DNA of 32,000 nt from Archaeoglobus fulgidus DSM 4304 (GCF_000008665.1 NC_000917.1:1110001-1142000); one strand, 5' to 3'; positions 1 to 9,399 are shown, counted from the stretch's first letter. Numbers and translations are program-made. The notes: generated from the sequence alone by a model not told the origin.

Positions 1-781
1 AGAAATCAGGATTGTGAAGACTGCAGGGGACATAATGAAGGACAAGCCCCTCTACGAGTTCAAGGGGATGGGGGCCTTTGTCAGGGCTCTGGACACGGCT
101 CTGGCCGAGGGGAAGGTGGACGTGGCTGTCCACAGCTTCAAGGACGTGCCGAGCCAGAGGGTGGAGGGGACAGTTGTTGCCGCGGTGATTGAGAGGGATT
201 CTCCATGTGACGTGCTCATTTCAAGGGACGGAAGCACTCTGGAGGAGCTTGATGAGGGTGCTGTGGTTGGAACCTCAAGTCTTAGAAGGAGGGCACAGCT
301 TTCGAGGCTGAGGGGGGATCTGAGGTTCGAGAATCTCAGGGGAAACCTTGACACAAGGCTGAGGAAGCTGAGAGAGGGCAATTACGACGCTATAGTGGTT
401 GCGGAGGCTGGTTTGAAGAGGCTGGGGCTTGACAGGGAGGTTGAGTATCAGCCCTTCCCGCCTGAGGTGATTGTCCCCCCTGCCAATCAGGGAATAATTG
501 CGATAGCCACGAGGAAGGGTGAGGAGGATCTGGTTGCTTTCCTCAATGACGAGAAGACTTGGCTGGAGGCGATGGTTGAGAGAGCTGTAATAAAGGAGCT
601 TGGTGTTGGCTGCGCTGTTCCGGTAGGTGTTTACGCTGAAGCTCAAAGCAGAGTAAGGCTGATTTGCGAGATTCTTGACAAAAAGTATTTGAGAGTTGAG
701 GAGAAGCTTTCGAAGGATACAGCAGTTGAGGAGGCTGCTGAAATAGGCAAAGATCTCAGGAAGGAGATCTATGGTGGGTAA
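1..781 (+). CDS. hemC: Hydroxymethylbilane synthase (porphobilinogen deaminase), 5'-truncated by the window edge
   Basis: Frame is open to the window edge (EIRIVKTAGDIMKDKPLYEFKGMGAFVRALDTAL). Contains HSFKDVPS, SLRRRAQL and the cofactor-cysteine region LGVGCAVPVGVYA. Confidence 0.95.
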   Translation, partial: EIRIVKTAGDIMKDKPLYEFKGMGAFVRALDTALAEGKVDVAVHSFKDVPSQRVEGTVVAAVIERDSPCDVLISRDGSTLEELDEGAVVGTSSLRRRAQLSRLRGDLRFENLRGNLDTRLRKLREGNYDAIVVAEAGLKRLGLDREVEYQPFPPEVIVPPANQGIIAIATRKGEEDLVAFLNDEKTWLEAMVERAVIKELGVGCAVPVGVYAEAQSRVRLICEILDKKYLRVEEKLSKDTAVEEAAEIGKDLRKEIYGG

Positions 782-1505
782 GGTTTACATCGTTGGGGCG
801 GGGCCCGGAAAGAAGGATTTGCTCACCTTAAGAGCCTACGAGCTCATAAAGAGGGCCGATGTTATTCTGCACGACGAGTTGATAGGGGAGGTTGCTGAGC
901 TACTCAAGGAGAGCAGGGCTGAAATCGTGGATGTGGGAAAGAGGAGCGGAAGGCACAAGAAGAGGCAGGAGGAGATAAACAAACTTCTGGTTGAGTACGC
1001 AAGGCAGGGAAAAACAGTGGTGAGGCTTAAAGGCGGAGACCCCTGCGTTTTTGGAAGGGGTGGGGAGGAAGCAGAGTTTCTGGCAAAGCACGGCATCCCC
1101 TTTGAATTTGTGCCGGGAGTGACTTCAGCCATTGCAGTTCCAGAGGCTGTCGGAATTCCCGTCACCCACCGCCGCTACGACCCTGCCTTGGTGTTTATCA
1201 CTGGAAGGGAGAGCAGGGAGAGGCTGAACTGGAAGGCACTGGCTGAGCTTAACGCCACCATCGTGATTCTAATGGGAGTTTCGAGAATTCCTGAAATAGC
1301 AAAAAATCTTCTTGAGCATGGCAAAGATCCGGAAACGGAGGTGGCTATAATAGAGAGCGGTTTTTCCGACAGGGAGAGGGTTATTTTAACCACTCTCGGG
1401 AAAATGGCCGAAAGGGCTGAGAAGGAAAGAGTTAAGCCTCCAGCAATCATCGTCATAGGCAAGGTTGTGGAGCTTTACGGCGTTTTGTCCAGATGGCTGG
1501 GTTAA
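771..1505 (+). CDS. cobA: Uroporphyrinogen-III C-methyltransferase
   Basis: VYIVGAGPGKKDLLTLRAYELIKRADVILHD, VRLKGGDPCVFGRGGEEAEFL and GVTSAIAVPEAVGIPVTHR motifs. Overlaps the end of hemC. Confidence 0.95.
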   Translation: MVGKVYIVGAGPGKKDLLTLRAYELIKRADVILHDELIGEVAELLKESRAEIVDVGKRSGRHKKRQEEINKLLVEYARQGKTVVRLKGGDPCVFGRGGEEAEFLAKHGIPFEFVPGVTSAIAVPEAVGIPVTHRRYDPALVFITGRESRERLNWKALAELNATIVILMGVSRIPEIAKNLLEHGKDPETEVAIIESGFSDRERVILTTLGKMAERAEKERVKPPAIIVIGKVVELYGVLSRWLG

Positions 1506-1520
1506 TCTTTTTAAGTTCTG

Positions 1521-2006
1521 GTGGAAATATTAAATATGGCAATAGACCTCTCCGGCGTGGGAACGAAGTATGAAATAGATACTCCCGATGGCAAGGTAGC
1601 GGTCGTTTTTCTTGACACGGGTAAAATACAGCTTTACATTTTGGAAAAAAGTTGTGGCAAGCCGTGCTGCGTAACTCTAACGGCCGAAGAGGCAAGGAGA
1701 GTTGCAAGCGTTCTTTCGGGCTCAATTCTGGAGCGGGAAGAAGAGGGTATGGAACTCTCCCTTCCGGGACTTGCAGAACTTAGAATAGCCGTCCACACCT
1801 ACACAGTTCCGAAGAGGCTGTCAGGGAAGAGCATAGGTGAGCTGGGAATAAGAAGCAAGACAGGAGCAACGGTGATAGCGGTTTTGAAGAAGGAGAAGAC
1901 AATAATCAGCCCCTCTCCAGAAACCGTTCTTGAGCCTGGGGATAAGGTGGTTGTCATAGGTGAGAAGCACCAGATAGAGAACTTCGAGAAGTTCCTCAGG
2001 GATTGA
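1521..2006 (+). CDS. TrkA-C domain regulatory protein, KhtT-like subunit of a K+/H+ antiporter
   Basis: C-terminal SGKSIGELGIRSKTGATVIAVLKKEKTIISPSPETVLEPGDKVVVIGEKHQIENFEKFL is a typical TrkA-C/RCK-C domain. Directly abuts the antiporter gene. Confidence 0.85.
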   Translation: MEILNMAIDLSGVGTKYEIDTPDGKVAVVFLDTGKIQLYILEKSCGKPCCVTLTAEEARRVASVLSGSILEREEEGMELSLPGLAELRIAVHTYTVPKRLSGKSIGELGIRSKTGATVIAVLKKEKTIISPSPETVLEPGDKVVVIGEKHQIENFEKFLRD

Positions 2007-2007
2007 G

Positions 2008-3024
2008 ATGGAGCTTGCCGTAATTGTATTCGCAGCAGCGATTGCAGCGATAATCAGCAGAATGCTCAGGATAACCCCTATACCTGCCTACATACTCGTT
2101 GGAATGGCGCTGGGTAAAGCGGGATGGCATTTGTCCGAAGTAGAGTTTTTGGGGAAGCTCGGAATCGTGTTTCTGCTTTTCTACGTTGGCCTTAAAATTC
2201 CCCCTTCAACAATCAAAAAAACATGGCAGAGAACGCTCAAAAGCGGCACGATAGATTTTCTTTTCAACTTCCTACCACCTTTGGTTCTCCTCTACCTCAT
2301 CGGATTTGATTTAAGGGATGCTTTCATTCTCGCCTCTGCGATTTACATCAGCAGCTCCGCAATAAACCTGAAAATGCTCGTTGACGACAGGAAGCTTGTT
2401 TTCACCTTTGCAGAAGTGGTCGTTCTGCTGATGGTCTTCGAGGACATAGTTCTGGTTGCACTGCTGTTCCTCTTCTCGGCCTCCGAGCCTTTGACTCTCC
2501 TCTACCTCGCTCTGATTGCCCTTACCGCTCTGGCTCTCTACGCAATATCCCCCCAGATCGAGAAGCTGATGAGCAGGGAGGACGAGGTTCCATATCTGCT
2601 GACGTTCTCAATTCCCTCCATATCCCTGTTTCTGGCTGAGAAGTTCAGAATTTCCGAGGCTTTGATGGCAATACTTTTCGGAGTTGCCCTGAACAGGCTC
2701 AGGATAGACAAAATGCTGGTTCCGTTTAAGGAGGTGTTTCTGGCAGTCTTCTTCGTCTTCTTCGGCACGATGGTTGACCTACATTTCTCCTACCTCTCCC
2801 TGCTGCTCATAGCGGTTGCAGTAATCGGCAAGCTAGCGGGAGCCTACTTCATCGCTCGCTTCACCACAAGCAAAAGCGATGCGGTGGAGGTGTTCAAATA
2901 CACGCTTGCAAGGGGCGAGTTTACCGTAATCTTCCCCGCCCTCTTCGCTCCCGAATTTGCGACAACTCTTGCAGCTGTGGTTCTCTTCACGTCAATTGCG
3001 GGCTCTCTGATTGCTAAGCTTTAA
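2008..3024 (+). CDS. CPA2-family cation/H+ antiporter membrane subunit (KhtU/KefB-like)
   Basis: Polytopic membrane protein with N-terminal LRITPIPAYILVGMALG...LGIVFLLFYVGLK, typical of Na+/H+ exchanger domain proteins. Confidence 0.88.
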   Translation: MELAVIVFAAAIAAIISRMLRITPIPAYILVGMALGKAGWHLSEVEFLGKLGIVFLLFYVGLKIPPSTIKKTWQRTLKSGTIDFLFNFLPPLVLLYLIGFDLRDAFILASAIYISSSAINLKMLVDDRKLVFTFAEVVVLLMVFEDIVLVALLFLFSASEPLTLLYLALIALTALALYAISPQIEKLMSREDEVPYLLTFSIPSISLFLAEKFRISEALMAILFGVALNRLRIDKMLVPFKEVFLAVFFVFFGTMVDLHFSYLSLLLIAVAVIGKLAGAYFIARFTTSKSDAVEVFKYTLARGEFTVIFPALFAPEFATTLAAVVLFTSIAGSLIAKL

Positions 3025-3328
3025 TCCTCTTTTCCGCTATGTAAATAACCTCGTCATCATCTCCAAGCACGAAGTCCTCAGGAGGATTGGTCAAAACCTC
3101 ACCATCCCTGACGGTTAAGGGAGTTACGTCTCCATAGCCAACTGTCGTGGTCGTGGTTACAGCCCAGTAAAGGGCGTCAAACAAATCCACGCCCTCATAA
3201 AGGTGAAAGATGATTGATGAGACTGCCCAGAGGGTCACGGTGTAGAGTCCCGCGTAAATGAGAATCGCCCTCCTTCGGAGTGAGCGTATAAGCTTTTTAA
3301 CAGCTCTGAGGAGGATAATCTGAATCAT
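3014..3328 (-). pseudogene. Internally truncated K+ channel: TM1 and P-loop joined directly to an RCK/TrkA-C-like tail; possible remnant
   Basis: WAVTTTTTVGYGDVTPLT selectivity filter is followed immediately by VRDGEVLTNPPEDFVLGDDDEVIYIAEK. The expected TM2 and RCK-N domain are absent. The ATG at 3328 is preferred over the upstream TTG at 3343. Confidence 0.7.
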
Positions 3329-3378
3329 ATTGCACCAACGCAAAAATCCTTTTTAACAGCTTTGGTTAGGTGTAGAGG

Positions 3379-4653
3379 TTGAGAGTTGCGATTGAAACCT
3401 ATGGATGCACAACTAACCAGGCGGATTCGGACATAATGAGGGGTTTTCTGTCAGGGGAGTTTGAGCTATCTTCAGTCGAGGACGCTGAGGTCGTCATCAT
3501 CAACTCTTGCGGAGTTATTGATTTTACCGAGAGAAAAATCATTCGCAGAATGCTGGATTTGAAGAGGGAAGGTAAGAAGGTCGTTCTGGCAGGCTGCCTG
3601 ACGAGGATTAGCAAGGAAGCTCTAAGCGTTGCTGACTCAGCCCTCTCACCCGACAACCTCGATATGGTTGTTGATGCCGTTTACTCCGCCTTAAACGGGC
3701 GAAAGCTTTTCACCGAAAGGAGGTTCATTGATAAGGCTGAATTCTCTCACTTAAAGTGCAGGCTGAGGGAGAATGCTATCGCCATTGTCTCAATCTCCGA
3801 GGGCTGTCTTGGAAAGTGCAGCTTCTGCGCCACGAAGTTTGCGAGGGGAAGGCTGAGAAGCTTCTCCATGGATGCAATCGTGAGGGAGGCGGAAAGGGCT
3901 GTAAGGGCAGGTTACAGGGAGATTCAGCTAACTTCTCAGGACACGGGAGCTTACGGCATGGACAAGGGAAGGGCGATGCTCCCAGAGCTGCTGAGGAAAA
4001 TTTCGGAGATTGAAGGGGAGTTTAGAGTTAGAGTGGGGATGATGAACCCCCAACATGCCGTCAGAATGCTCGATGAGCTGATAAACGCTTACAGCAGCGA
4101 AAAAATCTACAAGTTCCTCCACATCCCCGTTCAGAGCGGGGACAACAGAATTCTGGAGGACATGAAGCGCAATCATACTGTTGAGGACTACGTTGAGGTT
4201 GTTGAAGCCTTCAGAAACTCATTCGATGATGTTTTAATCTCCACCGACATAATAGTAGGCTTTCCAACTGAGACTGAAGAGGCTTTCTGGAAAAGCTACG
4301 AGCTTATAAAAGAAACGAGACCCGACATAGTGAACATCACCCGCTATTCAGCAAGGAAAGGCACTCCTGCGGCAAGGCTGAGGGACATTCCGGGGTGGAT
4401 AAAGAAGGAGAGGTCGAGGAAGCTGACGGATTTGATGAGAAAGATTGGTCTGGAGAACAATAAACGATTTGTTGGGAAAAAGCTCAGAGTTCTGGTCACG
4501 AAGGAGGGCAAAAACGGCAGAAATCTGGCGAGGATGAATTCCTACAGGGCTGTTGTCACCGAGGGAGCGGTGGGGGAGTTTGTTGAGGTAAAGATAAAGG
4601 ACTGCAGGTTCAACTACCTCATAGGCCAGTTAGCTGCAGAACAGCCACAATGA
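3379..4653 (+). CDS. MiaB-like tRNA (N6-threonylcarbamoyladenosine) methylthiotransferase, archaeal e-MtaB type; TTG start
   Basis: VAIETYGCTTNQADSDIM N-terminal UPF0004 motif, radical-SAM CLGKCSFCATKFARG, and a C-terminal TRAM-like domain. Confidence 0.92.
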   Translation: MRVAIETYGCTTNQADSDIMRGFLSGEFELSSVEDAEVVIINSCGVIDFTERKIIRRMLDLKREGKKVVLAGCLTRISKEALSVADSALSPDNLDMVVDAVYSALNGRKLFTERRFIDKAEFSHLKCRLRENAIAIVSISEGCLGKCSFCATKFARGRLRSFSMDAIVREAERAVRAGYREIQLTSQDTGAYGMDKGRAMLPELLRKISEIEGEFRVRVGMMNPQHAVRMLDELINAYSSEKIYKFLHIPVQSGDNRILEDMKRNHTVEDYVEVVEAFRNSFDDVLISTDIIVGFPTETEEAFWKSYELIKETRPDIVNITRYSARKGTPAARLRDIPGWIKKERSRKLTDLMRKIGLENNKRFVGKKLRVLVTKEGKNGRNLARMNSYRAVVTEGAVGEFVEVKIKDCRFNYLIGQLAAEQPQ

Positions 4654-5305
4654 GAGGTGCAAAAATCAGCGCTGGAAGCATGTTCCCCACTCTCAGCTTT
4701 CTGAGCTCAAGGAGGTTTATCCCAATGCCCATTATCAGCAGTCCTCCGGTAGAGGTGAACTCGGCTATAATTCTCTCAGTAACGACGCTGCTGAGCTGTG
4801 CCGCAAGCAATGCGAAAAATCCCTGATATACGAGGATGCTGATGCTTGAGAAAGCAACGCCAATTCCTAAGGCTGATGCGAGGGCAACTGATGCCACACC
4901 GTCGAGCAGAGACTTTGCCATCAGAACCGACATGTCTCCAGTCAGGCCCTCCTGAATGGGGCCGAGAATGGCCATCGGCCCTACGCAGTAAAGCAGAGTT
5001 GCCGCAACAAACCCCTCGGAGAACCTTCCCTTCCCCAATCTGCGCTCAACTCTATCCCCAAAGCTCTGCAAAGCTTTCTCTATTCCCATAACCTCCCCGA
5101 CAGCCGTTCCAGCAACAACGCTGAGCGTGGGAATCAGGACGTTTTTCGTCTCCAAGGCCATGCTAATTCCAATTAAAAGCACCGCCAGACCGAGAACGTT
5201 TATAATAGCCCCCCTAATGCTCTCGCTCAGGCGGGAACCGATGGCGAGGCCGAGGAGTGATGCAAAAACAACTGTTAAAGCGTTGATTAGCGTTCCCGTT
5301 ATCAT
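4619..5305 (-). CDS. DUF554 family membrane protein
   Basis: MITGTLINALTVVFASLLGLAIG...GTAVGEVMGIEKALQSFGDRVERRL and LLYCVGPMAILGPIQEGLTGD are characteristic of the DUF554 family. Confidence 0.88.
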   Translation of the reverse strand: MITGTLINALTVVFASLLGLAIGSRLSESIRGAIINVLGLAVLLIGISMALETKNVLIPTLSVVAGTAVGEVMGIEKALQSFGDRVERRLGKGRFSEGFVAATLLYCVGPMAILGPIQEGLTGDMSVLMAKSLLDGVASVALASALGIGVAFSSISILVYQGFFALLAAQLSSVVTERIIAEFTSTGGLLIMGIGINLLELRKLRVGNMLPALIFAPLIVAVLQLTGL

Positions 5306-5342
5306 TGCCCTAAATCATCACCTGCGATTTAATTCTTTCCTT

Positions 5343-5765
5343 CTACTGACATACGCAGCTTATTTCCGCGTTGAAGAGTGCAATCTCAACACCGCACTCT
5401 CTGACACTGCAGGATGAGCTGCAAAGGCTGCAGGTATTGACAAAGAGAAGAATCATCACCGCTGCAAAAAACAGCAAGATTAATGAGAAGCTTATGTAGT
5501 AAGCCCTAAGCTCCCCATTTTTGGCGAATCTTTCTGTTACGGCTGTAAGTGGGATAGCAGCGATGATGGTGATGGCCAGTGCAGTGATGGCATCAACTGA
5601 GTAGTGAGCTACTCCCTCCTCAATTTTTGCCGAAGTCCACGGGAGCTTTATTCCATTGTGGGCCAGATAAACGCTGGAAATCACGAAAATTCCCAGAGTT
5701 ACGGCTGTTGTTAGAGCAAAAAACGTAGATAATCTGAAAGCCCTGCCCATACACCTTGTTAACAC
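5343..5765 (-). CDS. Hypothetical membrane protein with a Cys-rich C-terminus
   Basis: About 3-4 predicted hydrophobic segments and a C-terminal [29 protein letters not shown]. The start could be the GTG at 5765 or the ATG at 5750. Confidence 0.6.
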
Positions 5766-5795
5766 ACAAAAATTTAAAATTTTCTAAAAGTAAGG

Positions 5796-6185
5796 CTACC
5801 TCGCATCGAAGTATGACATCTCAACCACGTCACCCTCAATCGTTTCGAGGAAGGCTCCCCTCTTGACCTGTACAAGCCTTCCCAGGCTTTTCGGCTTCAG
5901 CATAAGCCTCACAACTGTAAGCTCGCTCTCCTCTATGTAGCTTGGCGACTGGTAGAAAAGGGACTGGCTCATCACTTCCTTTCCCCTCACCTCTGCTACA
6001 AGTCCGCTTACACCTCTTCCCAAATCATTTATCCTTGCAGGAGTGAGGAAAACGCAGTCTCCCGGTTCGGCCTTTAGTGCAGTTGCAACATTGTGTGCGC
6101 TGCGCAGTTCTATGGTCCTAATGTTCCTTCTCATTAGCTCTTCAATCACGTTTCTCGATATGCCCGTCAGTACCAAACACTTCAT
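5796..6185 (-). CDS. DUF473 family protein
   Basis: MKCLVLTGISRNVIEELMRRNIRTIELRSAHN resembles the archaeal/methanogen DUF473 family. Confidence 0.75.
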   Translation of the reverse strand: MKCLVLTGISRNVIEELMRRNIRTIELRSAHNVATALKAEPGDCVFLTPARINDLGRGVSGLVAEVRGKEVMSQSLFYQSPSYIEESELTVVRLMLKPKSLGRLVQVKRGAFLETIEGDVVEMSYFDAR

Positions 6186-6189
6186 GCTA

Positions 6190-6909
6190 TCACCCGTACA
6201 TGGGGAACTCCTCTTTCCTCTCTTCCTGCATCCTTGCCTGCTCAGCCAATTTCTGCATCTGCGCCTCTATCATCTCCGCCTCCTTGAGCAACTTTTCCAC
6301 ACTGACGTTCCAGTTCATTATTTTGTTTACAGCCTCAATCAGGCTAGCAGCAGCCCTGGGATCAGGATTGAAGCCGAGTGTTTCCCCGAGAAGCACAATT
6401 CCGGGCATCTTTGCAGCAACGCACTCGTTCATTATGCTTCCTGCAATTCCTGAAATCGTCCCCGTTTTGAATATCTCCGCGTGGTCTTTAACCTCCTCAA
6501 GAAGCTCCTTGCTCGTAGCAGCAGCGAACACTCTCTTCTTGTCCTCAAAGGTTGCAACTCCGGCAAAGGAGTAAACCCTCCTCGCGTTAATCTCAGCGGC
6601 GAACTGAACGATTTTCTTGCTCATATCGATGGCGGCCTGAGGTATTATGGGTACATCCGAGTGAATGAGAACGAATCCCAAGTCTGCGCTCTGGTAAACT
6701 CTCACAGGCGGCAGAATTACGCCCTCATACAGAGATGCAACTGGAGGGAGGAGCCTCGAATCAACGATGCCTATGGACTCCAGTTTCAGCTCCATTATGT
6801 AGTGTGCGGTGGCTATTGTGCCCACAAGCCCTATTCCCGGAAAGCTCGTTATCAGAATCGGGTTTTCAACATCCACCTTGTCGACAATAATTTCCGTTTC
6901 AAGCTCCAT
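6190..6909 (-). CDS. Proteasome assembly chaperone (PAC2) family protein
   Basis: NPILITSFPGIGLVGTIATAHYIMELKLESIGIVDSRLLPP and the LLGETLGFNPDPRAAASLIEAVNKIMNW motif. Confidence 0.88.
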   Translation of the reverse strand: MELETEIIVDKVDVENPILITSFPGIGLVGTIATAHYIMELKLESIGIVDSRLLPPVASLYEGVILPPVRVYQSADLGFVLIHSDVPIIPQAAIDMSKKIVQFAAEINARRVYSFAGVATFEDKKRVFAAATSKELLEEVKDHAEIFKTGTISGIAGSIMNECVAAKMPGIVLLGETLGFNPDPRAAASLIEAVNKIMNWNVSVEKLLKEAEMIEAQMQKLAEQARMQEERKEEFPMYG

Positions 6910-6934
6910 GCTAAAAATTGGAAAAAGAGGTATA

Positions 6935-8377
6935 TCACTTTTCTGGCGCGACTTTAACCACGTACTTCTGCCCGTCTATCTCAACCTCGAAGCTCCCCTC
7001 AATCTTTCCTCCCGCAACTGGGAACGGCTCCTCGACCATTTCCCCTTTCAGGAATTTCAGGCCGGTTTGCGGGAAGAGTGCGTAGAGCAAAACGTCCTCA
7101 TCGCTGGGATTCTCTATTCCTGCCTCAATGAGTTCCTGCTTCCTCTTCTCGAACTCAGGCTCAAGCAGGTCGGCAGGTCTGCAGTCGATCGGCTTTTCAT
7201 CGCCAAGAATCTTCTTTACAATCTCGGGCTTGATCGGAGCGGGAGTTCTCCCGTACATCCCCTTCACCAAGTCCTTGGTTTCCCTCGTCACGACCTTGTA
7301 CCTCTCCCCCACCAGGACATTAATCACCGCCTGCACGCCTACAATCTGGCTCGTTGGAGTGACGAGCGGCGGATAGCCCAGGTCTTCCCTCACTCTTGGC
7401 ACCTCCTCTAGAACCTCCTGAAGCCTGTCGAGGGCGTTCTGCTCCTGAAGCTGGGCAATAAGGTTGCTGAACATCCCTCCCGGAATCTGGTAAACCAAGA
7501 CTCTCGTGTCAGGAATTGTCGAGAGAGGGTTAAGGTAGCCTGAGTACTTCTCCCTTATCTTCATGAAGTACTCTCTCGCCTCAAGCAGAATATCCAGCTT
7601 CACGCCTGTGTCGTAACCAAGCTCGTTCAGAGCATAGACCATGCTCTCCGTCGGAGGGTGGGAGGTCCCGCTGCTCAGCGGAGACATGCAGGTATCAATC
7701 ATTTCCGCTCCCGCCTCAACGCCCTTCAGCAACGCCATCGAAGCCATCCCGCTCGTGTAGTGTGAGTGGACGTTTATTGGCAGTCCAACCTCCTTCTTCA
7801 GCGCTTTTACAAGCTCGTATGCCATTTTCGGAGAAAGCATCCCCGCCATATCCTTCAGGCAGATGGAATCGACCTCAAGCGCCGCAAGCTCGTTTGCAAT
7901 TTCTACGTACTTCTCCACGGTGTGGACGGGAGAGATGGTGTAGCATATCGTCCCCTGTATGTGGTCCGCATTGTACTTTTTAGCAGCCTTAATGGACGAA
8001 ATCAAATTCCTTACGTCGTTAAGAGCGTCGAAAATTCTGAAAACGTCGAGTCCGTTTTCTATCGTTTTCTGGACAAACTTCTCAACAATATCGTCAGGAT
8101 AGTGGCGGTATCCCACGAGATTTTGCCCTCGAAGCAGCATCTGAAGCTTTGCGTTCTTAACTCTCTTTCTGATTTCTCTCAGCCTCTCCCACGGGTTCTC
8201 GTTTAGAAAGCGGTGGCAGGCGTCAAAGGTTGCACCGCCCCAAACTTCAAGCGAGTAAATTCCCGACTCGTCGAGAGTTTCGAGAATTGGGAGCATGTCT
8301 CTCGTTCTCATTCTTGTGGCAAGCAGGGACTGGTGTCCGTCTCTAAGAGTTAAGTCAACAATTTTTACTTTTGCCAT
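6935..8377 (-). CDS. pycB: Pyruvate carboxylase subunit B / oxaloacetate decarboxylase alpha-type carboxyltransferase, without a biotinyl domain
   Basis: VDLTLRDGHQSLLATRMRTRDMLPILE, VWGGATFDACHRFLNENPWERL and NVHSHYTSGMA. No MKM/MKM-like biotinyl lysine motif at the C-terminus. Confidence 0.92.
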   Translation of the reverse strand: MAKVKIVDLTLRDGHQSLLATRMRTRDMLPILETLDESGIYSLEVWGGATFDACHRFLNENPWERLREIRKRVKNAKLQMLLRGQNLVGYRHYPDDIVEKFVQKTIENGLDVFRIFDALNDVRNLISSIKAAKKYNADHIQGTICYTISPVHTVEKYVEIANELAALEVDSICLKDMAGMLSPKMAYELVKALKKEVGLPINVHSHYTSGMASMALLKGVEAGAEMIDTCMSPLSSGTSHPPTESMVYALNELGYDTGVKLDILLEAREYFMKIREKYSGYLNPLSTIPDTRVLVYQIPGGMFSNLIAQLQEQNALDRLQEVLEEVPRVREDLGYPPLVTPTSQIVGVQAVINVLVGERYKVVTRETKDLVKGMYGRTPAPIKPEIVKKILGDEKPIDCRPADLLEPEFEKRKQELIEAGIENPSDEDVLLYALFPQTGLKFLKGEMVEEPFPVAGGKIEGSFEVEIDGQKYVVKVAPEK

Positions 8378-8505
8378 GTCTCAAGCCTGATGGGAAATAC
8401 AAAAATTTTTTGTTTTTAATATTGCTTGCACCTCAAAAGATCAAGATTTACGTTCTTCAGGAAAGTTTATTTAGGTTGATGGCAGTATCAAATCAAGGTG
8501 ATGGT

Positions 8506-8700
8506 ATGAGGGAAATAAAGATAGTTCTGCCGGAGCTGGAAGATGTGGTTCCAGAGGAGTTTTTGGAGCACATGCTGAAGGCGACAAAGGAAATACTGCT
8601 GGCAATGCGGACTTTGATAGATTCAGGTCTTGACAAGATTGAAGCTGTTGAGGAGATAACTAAGGCTAAGAAGGAAATAAAGAAGATCGAGGTCGAGTAG
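8506..8700 (+). CDS. Small hypothetical protein (64 aa)
   Basis: ATG at 8506 preceded by AAGGTG and an upstream A/T-rich TATA-like element. Charged helical sequence MREIKIVLPELEDVVPEEFLEHMLKATKEILLAMRTLIDSGLDKIEAVEEITKAKKEIKKIEVE. Confidence 0.65.
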   Translation: MREIKIVLPELEDVVPEEFLEHMLKATKEILLAMRTLIDSGLDKIEAVEEITKAKKEIKKIEVE

Positions 8701-8773
8701 GAATTTATCATTATATAAACGATTAATATTCTTGAGAAAATAATAAATACTTCCGCTGCCCAATATTCATTAG

Positions 8774-9322
8774 GTGTCTGAAATGGTCATGGCCAGCGAG
8801 AAGTCTGTGCGCTTCAACTTCCCGGAGTTCAAACCTGTCGTTGTTAAGGACAGGAAGGGCGAGGAGATTCTCATCAGGCAGTACATACACGAGCAGGACA
8901 GGGAGAAGCTTATAGAGATGTACGAAACCTACGACCCCGACTATCGCTGTCTAGGTTTGCCCCCAATAAGCAGGAAGGCCATCGAGAACTGGATTGACTA
9001 CCTCGCGGAAAACGGCTTTGCAATAGTCGCAGAGAAGGACGGAAGAATCGTTGGACACCTCGTCATAGTTCCAACCGAGGATATGAAGGTTGACCTGACG
9101 ATATTTATCCATCAAGACTACCAGAACAGAGGGCTCGGGCAGGAGATGATGAAGCTGATAATCGATTACTGCAAAAAGGCTGGATTTAAGGGAATCATGC
9201 TCGTGACTGAGAGAAGCAACGCGAGAGCCATTCACGTTTACAAGAAGATGGGTTTCAAGATTGTCGCTCCATACTACGAGTGCGACATGTATCTCGATTT
9301 GACGGAGCAGCAGAACGAGTGA
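8774..9322 (+). CDS. GNAT family N-acetyltransferase
   Basis: Acetyl-CoA binding region DYQNRGLGQEMMKLIIDYCKKAGFKGIMLVTERSNARAIHVYKKMGFKIV. Confidence 0.9.
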   Translation: MSEMVMASEKSVRFNFPEFKPVVVKDRKGEEILIRQYIHEQDREKLIEMYETYDPDYRCLGLPPISRKAIENWIDYLAENGFAIVAEKDGRIVGHLVIVPTEDMKVDLTIFIHQDYQNRGLGQEMMKLIIDYCKKAGFKGIMLVTERSNARAIHVYKKMGFKIVAPYYECDMYLDLTEQQNE

Positions 9323-9399
9323 ATAATTGGTTTTTAATCTCACTTTAAAGAAAATAGAAGAAATTCCATTTTTTGTGTAGAACCACACTTTCAATTAAC

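Noticed and set aside
52-1725. Minus-strand ORFs 52..381, 275..646, 836..1165, 900..1091, 1175..1462 and 1453..1725
   Set aside because: They lie antisense to hemC/cobA or adjacent genes with clear family motifs, and their translations are Ser/Leu/Pro-rich and low in motif content, as expected from antisense frames in GC-rich archaeal DNA.
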